DNA from: Gammaproteobacteria bacterium
Lineage (GTDB): Bacteria; Pseudomonadota; Gammaproteobacteria; SZUA-229
Assembly (NCBI GenBank): GCA_030148865.1
Contig: JASBSR010000007.1
Coordinates: 642-64,641 of the forward strand
Length of the DNA stretch: 64,000 nucleotides
Direction of reading: 5' to 3'
How positions within the stretch are numbered: position 1 is the first letter of the stretch; every line of letters starts with the position of its first letter. Below the pieces are notes generated by a model, which did not search any database, was not told the origin of the DNA, and was given only the letters and a program-made list of their open reading frames with translations. Position numbers and translations under genes: made by a program. Below, one piece after another: positions 59,456-64,000 of the stretch.

Positions 59456-61261
59456 ATGCAATCAACATGGCGCGTGATTATGACAGCCTCACTTACAGCA
59501 GTAGATAAATGTCACCACATAGAAACACCTAAAGAAATTAGCGCTAATGCAACTGTAAATGCATTACTGAAATACGTTGATCCCGTCTCCCCCGATGTGT
59601 CAATGACGCAGGTCTTTGAGCTATTTCTGGCTCAGCCTGAACTCCATGCTATACCTGTAGTAATTAATGAATCTCCTTTGGGTTTGATAACACGATCCGG
59701 TTTCATTGAGTTCTTTAGTAAACCTTATGCGCGGTCACTATATGGCTCAAAGCCAATAAGCAAGTTTGAGTTTAATGACTCAATTATTGTCGATCATAAT
59801 GAATCGATTGATGATCTGGCGAGAATTATCATAGATGCAGGCATGCAGCATATGTATGACGGGTTTATTATTACCCGTAACGAGCGATACGTTGGGATGG
59901 GTACAGGCCATGATTTGCTGAATGAAATTACTGAGCGAAAACAGGCACATTTATATTATCTGGCACACTATGACCAGCTCACTGGCCTGCCAAACAGGCT
60001 GCTATTAATGGACAGACTGATGCATGCCTGTGCGCAGGGCGAAAGAGATCAGCGTCTGATGGCGGTAATATTTCTCGATATTGATCGTTTTAAGCTAATT
60101 AATGACAGTTATGGACATCATCTGGGTGATGAGCTGCTCAAAGCGGTTACCACTTTGTTGCAATCGTGTTTGCGCGCTAGCGATACTGTAGCCAGGCTTG
60201 GCGGCGACGAGTTTATAATTATTCTCGAAGGTGTAAAGCACCTGGACAATGTGACTCACGTTGCTCAAAAAATTATCGAAGTCTTTTCCACGCCGTTAAC
60301 TATACAGCACCATGAACTACGGGTGAGTTCCAGTATTGGTATCGTTTTGTATCCATTTGGTGATGAAAGTTGTGAGGGCTTGCTGAAAATGGCTGATGTA
60401 GCCATGTATCACGCAAAAAACAAGGGCGGCAACGGCTATCAATACTATTCGCATAAGATGAGCGAGTCAGTCTATGATCGTCTGTATATTGAAGATAGTC
60501 TGCGCAAAGCGCTTGATCAGAATTGTCTGTCACTTCACTATCAGCCGCAAATTGAGATAAAAACTGGCGATATTGTTGGTCTGGAAGCACTTGTACGTTG
60601 GCATCATCCGAAGATGGGTGCAGTAGCGCCTTCAGTTTTCATACCAATTGCCGAAGAAAGCGGACTGATAATTCCATTGGGTGAGCGTGTACTGCGAATG
60701 GCCTGTGAGCAAAACAAGAGATGGCAACAGGCGGGTTACGTCCCGGTAAAAATAGCTGTAAATCTGTCTGCCTGCCAAATGCGGCGTGATTTGCCCGTTC
60801 TGGTTCAGGCGGTTCTGGATGAAACCGGGCTGGATGCCAAATATCTTGAGCTGGAACTGACAGAAAATATTTTGCTGGAAAATGTCGAAGAGTCTATTGC
60901 GATTTTGCGTGAGCTTAGTGATATAGGTGTGCAGGCATCGATAGATGATTTTGGTACTGGATATTCGTCCTTAAGTTATTTGCAGCGGCTGCCCATCGAT
61001 ACGCTTAAAATAGATGCTTCATTTCTGAAAAACATACAGACATTGAACGATGATATTACGGTTGTTACTACCATTATTGCTATGGGCAAAAATATGAGGC
61101 TCAATGTTATTGCGGAAGGCGTTGAAACCCAGTTGCAACTCGATATGCTGCGTGTGCATCAATGTGATCAGGCGCAAGGCTACTTGATTAGCCATCCCTT
61201 AGCTGCCGAAAAAATAGCGCAGCTGTTTTCGGATACGCCATCTGTTACCAGAGCCGTATAG
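59456..61261 (+). CDS. Diguanylate cyclase/phosphodiesterase (CBS-like N-domain, GGDEF and EAL)
   Basis: RLGGDEFII (intact GG[D/E]EF) with upstream RxxD. EAL domain (LEALVRW ... DDFGTGYSS). The N-terminal 130 aa are CBS-pair-like. Confidence 0.85.
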   Translation: MQSTWRVIMTASLTAVDKCHHIETPKEISANATVNALLKYVDPVSPDVSMTQVFELFLAQPELHAIPVVINESPLGLITRSGFIEFFSKPYARSLYGSKPISKFEFNDSIIVDHNESIDDLARIIIDAGMQHMYDGFIITRNERYVGMGTGHDLLNEITERKQAHLYYLAHYDQLTGLPNRLLLMDRLMHACAQGERDQRLMAVIFLDIDRFKLINDSYGHHLGDELLKAVTTLLQSCLRASDTVARLGGDEFIIILEGVKHLDNVTHVAQKIIEVFSTPLTIQHHELRVSSSIGIVLYPFGDESCEGLLKMADVAMYHAKNKGGNGYQYYSHKMSESVYDRLYIEDSLRKALDQNCLSLHYQPQIEIKTGDIVGLEALVRWHHPKMGAVAPSVFIPIAEESGLIIPLGERVLRMACEQNKRWQQAGYVPVKIAVNLSACQMRRDLPVLVQAVLDETGLDAKYLELELTENILLENVEESIAILRELSDIGVQASIDDFGTGYSSLSYLQRLPIDTLKIDASFLKNIQTLNDDITVVTTIIAMGKNMRLNVIAEGVETQLQLDMLRVHQCDQAQGYLISHPLAAEKIAQLFSDTPSVTRAV

Positions 61262-61597
61262 TAGAACACGGTCTGTTACCCGCCTGATAGAAAATAAAAA
61301 GCGACCTTATCCCGGTCGTGCTGACTGCCTGCATGGAAAAAACACAGGATTGACTATCCATTTGGGAGGGATCGAAAAGGAAAACACTACCTCTTTAGTG
61401 TCTGAACTAAGCAATTAATGGATAGCGATTATCTTGCTTGAGGCACACTTGCTGATTCCTGCGGCGTTTGATTATTAATATTGATTGTTTCGATATTAAA
61501 TACAAAAAAATATCGCTTTACTGTTATTAATTCTGACTTATAAAGTAACAATTAATGATGCATATGAAGTAACACGCAGTAAAGTATCGGAGGCCAG

Positions 61598-61933
61598 ATG
61601 ATATCAGATAATATGAAGTATGTACGTGATGCCGAAGGTTACATTGTTCAGCCAGCAGACTGGGATGAAAACTTTGCCCGAAAACTGGCCGCAGAGGAAG
61701 GCCTTGAGCTCGACGATAATTACTGGTCAATACTCTGCTTTATGCGTGGATACTGGCAGCAAAATAATGTTGCGCCTGATGTGCGTCATGTCACCAGGCA
61801 TCTGGTAGAAGCGCATGGCTATGACAAAAAGAAAGCCAAGCAACACCTTTTTGAACTCTTTCCTTATGGCTATGTTAAGCAGGCGTGCAAGGTCGCTGGT
61901 ATGCAGCGGCCTCGCGCCTGGAGTACAGGTTAA
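61598..61933 (+). CDS. TusE/DsrC/DsvC-family protein, non-canonical (lacks both C-terminal cysteines)
   Basis: The 111-aa protein aligns to TusE/DsrC (EGY...WDE..A..LA..EG..L...HW.....R.Y). It ends ...KQACKVAGMQRPRAWSTG and lacks the PKPTGC[AV] or terminal-Cys tail. GGAGG ribosome-binding site. It lies directly upstream of dsrA. Confidence 0.75.
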   Translation: MISDNMKYVRDAEGYIVQPADWDENFARKLAAEEGLELDDNYWSILCFMRGYWQQNNVAPDVRHVTRHLVEAHGYDKKKAKQHLFELFPYGYVKQACKVAGMQRPRAWSTG

Positions 61934-62136
61934 ATGGGGATAATACGCGCTCGCCTGATCCGTTTCAGATCTGTTCGTCAGATAAAACCAGTAGAGCAGG
62001 TGATCTTTCTACAACATACCCGATAGCGAATATGAAAATAATTTTTTACTTTTAGTGCGCGACAAAAATATATGCCATGCCATTCGCGTGATAGAGCTTT
62101 ATTTTATATGGTTGTAAACCAGAGGAGAACAGATTA

Positions 62137-63375
62137 GTGAAAACGCAGCATAAAACACCTAACCTGGATCAGCTAGAAAGTGGCCCATGGCCCAGTTTTG
62201 TTACCGGCTTCAAGCGTCTGGCAGAAAAAAACGACATGATGGCTGATCTGCTCGGTCAGCTTGAGCACTCATATGAGAATAAAAAAGGTTACTGGAAAGG
62301 TGGAACGATATCGGTTATGGGTTACGGTGGCGGCGTGATTCCGCGCTTCTCTGAGGTTGCTGACAAGTTTCCAGCTTCCGCAGAGTTTCATACACTGCGA
62401 ATTATGCCGCCACCGGGCCTGCACTATGATACCGATATTCTTCGCAAGTTCTGTGACATATGGGATGAACACGGTTCTGGCCTGCTTGCGCTACACGGTC
62501 AAAGTGGTGATATGATGTTTCAGGGTTGCAGTAGCGAAAATGTTCAGGGGGCATTCGATGCTATCAATGAACTGGGCTTTGATATGGGTGGCGCCGGTCC
62601 ATCGGTGCGTACTTCGATGTCCTGCGTTGGTGCGGCACGTTGTGAACACTCCTGTTTTAATGAAGCAGTAGCACACCGCACGGTAATGAATTCATTTACC
62701 GATGATTTGCATCGTCCTGCTCTGCCTTATAAGTTTAAATTTAAATTTTCCGGTTGTCCTAACGACTGCATGAATTCAGTGCAGCGTGCCGACATGGCGG
62801 TTATTGGAACCTGGCGTGATGATATTCAGATTAAACAGGACGAAGTTAAGGCATTCGTCCAGACCCGGGGCCGTCAATATACTGTTGATAATGTCACTTC
62901 GCGCTGCCCGACACAGTGCATGACACTGAATGCTGATGACAGTATAAGCATCGACAATCGAAATTGTGTGCGTTGCATGCATTGCATTAATGTTATGACA
63001 AAGGCGCTTTCGCCGGGTAAGGATCGTGGTGTCACTATTCTGTTGGGTGGAAAGCGTACATTAAAAATCGGTGACCTGTTTGGAACCGTCATCGTGCCGT
63101 TTAAGAAACTGGAAACCGAGGAGGATTATACTGGTCTTGTAGAGCTTGCCGAAACGATTATTGATTTCTGGGCGGAAAATGGCCTCGAACACGAACGCTG
63201 CGGTGAGATGATAGAACGTATTGGGTTTGCCACTTTTCTCGAAGGGGTGGGTATCGAGGCTGAGCCCGCAATGCTGGCGCAACCCAGAAGTAATTCGTTT
63301 ATCCGAATGGACACCTGGGATGAAGAGGCCGATAAGTGGAAACAGCGTCACGCTGAAAAAGCAGGAGTCAAATAA
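62137..63375 (+). CDS. dsrA: Dissimilatory sulfite reductase alpha subunit (oxidative/reverse-type DsrA)
   Basis: The 412-aa protein has the DsrA siroheme/Fe4S4 Cys clusters (SMSCVGAARCEHSCFNE, FKFSGCPNDCMNS) and a ferredoxin insert (CVRCMHCINV). GTG start with an AGAGGAG ribosome-binding site. Followed by dsrB with TAATG overlap. Confidence 0.9.
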   Translation: MKTQHKTPNLDQLESGPWPSFVTGFKRLAEKNDMMADLLGQLEHSYENKKGYWKGGTISVMGYGGGVIPRFSEVADKFPASAEFHTLRIMPPPGLHYDTDILRKFCDIWDEHGSGLLALHGQSGDMMFQGCSSENVQGAFDAINELGFDMGGAGPSVRTSMSCVGAARCEHSCFNEAVAHRTVMNSFTDDLHRPALPYKFKFKFSGCPNDCMNSVQRADMAVIGTWRDDIQIKQDEVKAFVQTRGRQYTVDNVTSRCPTQCMTLNADDSISIDNRNCVRCMHCINVMTKALSPGKDRGVTILLGGKRTLKIGDLFGTVIVPFKKLETEEDYTGLVELAETIIDFWAENGLEHERCGEMIERIGFATFLEGVGIEAEPAMLAQPRSNSFIRMDTWDEEADKWKQRHAEKAGVK

Positions 63376-64000
63376 TGCAAAAACATATACGTCAGGCAAT
63401 TGAAAGTGGAGTACCGGATTCATTCTCTTTTATGCATCCCCTGATGCGAAAAAATTATGGCCAATGGGACTGGCACGAACGACCACGTCCTGGGGTATTG
63501 CATCATGTATCTCTTTATGGTGATGAAATATGGACAGTACGCGCGGGCACACAAAGGCAGATGGACACCGACACGATTCGTGAGCTGTGTGAAATTGCTG
63601 ATGAATATGCTGATGGTTACGTGCGTTTTACGATCCGTAGCAATATTGAGTTCATGCTGGCTGATGGTAGCCGAGTCGCATCACTGATCGACAAGTTGCT
63701 CGAGCAGGGTTTTCCGGTGGGTGGTACTGGTAATGCAGTATCAATGATTGCTCATACGCAAGGTTTTTTACACTGTGATATTCCCGCGACCGATGCCTCA
63801 GGTGTGGCCAAGTCCATTATGGATTCGTTGCATGATGAATTTATCAATGAGCGCATGCCAAATCGTGTGCGACTTTCCACTTCCTGCTGCCAGATCAATT
63901 GTGGTGGACAGGCAGATATCTCGATTAATATTCAGCATACCAAACCGCCTATGATCAATCACGACCTGGTGGCCAATATCTGTGAACGTCCCTCGGTAGT
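63375..64000 (+). CDS. dsrB: Dissimilatory sulfite reductase beta subunit (3' partial, runs off the window)
   Basis: My own translation from the ATG at 63375 gives MQKHIRQAIESGVPDSF...LYGDEIWTVRAGTQ...STSCCQINCGGQADI, which is DsrB-like. The ORF track shows only an out-of-frame ORF here because there is no in-window stop. Confidence 0.85.
   Translation, partial: MQKHIRQAIESGVPDSFSFMHPLMRKNYGQWDWHERPRPGVLHHVSLYGDEIWTVRAGTQRQMDTDTIRELCEIADEYADGYVRFTIRSNIEFMLADGSRVASLIDKLLEQGFPVGGTGNAVSMIAHTQGFLHCDIPATDASGVAKSIMDSLHDEFINERMPNRVRLSTSCCQINCGGQADISINIQHTKPPMINHDLVANICERPSV

Noticed and set aside
63457-63687. 76-aa plus-strand ORF
   Set aside because: Out of frame within the dsrB coding region. 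The real dsrB frame begins at 63375 and is open to the window end.

Overview
The window reads as chromosomal DNA from a sulfur-oxidising gammaproteobacterium. It ends in a reverse-type dsrAB locus and its housekeeping synteny is gammaproteobacterial throughout (rnr-rlmB, smpB/ratA-ratB-bamE-fur, lpxB/rnhB/dnaE).

In order along the window the supported genes are: rnr (5' partial), rlmB, a conserved hypothetical, recJ, pyrD, a minus-strand hypothetical-GNAT-roxA-purB block, a class II fumarase/aspartase-family lyase, mltD, rnhA, dnaQ, nhaD and smpB on the minus strand, an NSS transporter, ratA, ratB, bamE, fur, relA, and an outer-membrane barrel, mlaA and lpxB on the minus strand, then rnhB.

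A roughly 2-kb gene-free stretch follows. It holds decayed TetR-family remnants, a 42-aa hydrophobic micro-ORF with a strong ribosome-binding site, and a MITE-like repeat.

After it come dnaE, a ClC chloride channel, a czcCBA-type heavy-metal RND operon followed by a PII-NG (GlnB-like) protein, a degenerate PilZ-like protein, a CutA/PII-like protein, tpm, an M16C peptidase, a DsrE-like protein, a truncated formyltransferase remnant, an orphan AmmeMemoRadiSam-type radical SAM enzyme, yggX, an overlapping alpha/beta-hydrolase plus ATP-grasp pair, an IscA/ErpA-like protein, a second RND pump (adaptor plus HAE1 permease) divergent from an Atm1-like ABC exporter, a SAM methyltransferase, a beta-carbonic anhydrase, a CBS-GGDEF-EAL protein, a DsrC/TusE-like protein that lacks the terminal cysteines, dsrA and the start of dsrB.

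The features most worth a second look are a dispersed family of short hairpin repeats built on a GTCATTTCG / GATGAC core, two inverted copies of a roughly 100-140 bp MITE-like element, pseudogene remnants, the alpha/beta-hydrolase plus ATP-grasp cassette, the non-canonical DsrC-like gene in front of dsrAB, and the PII-NG gene behind czcA.

No tRNA, rRNA or CRISPR array was seen.
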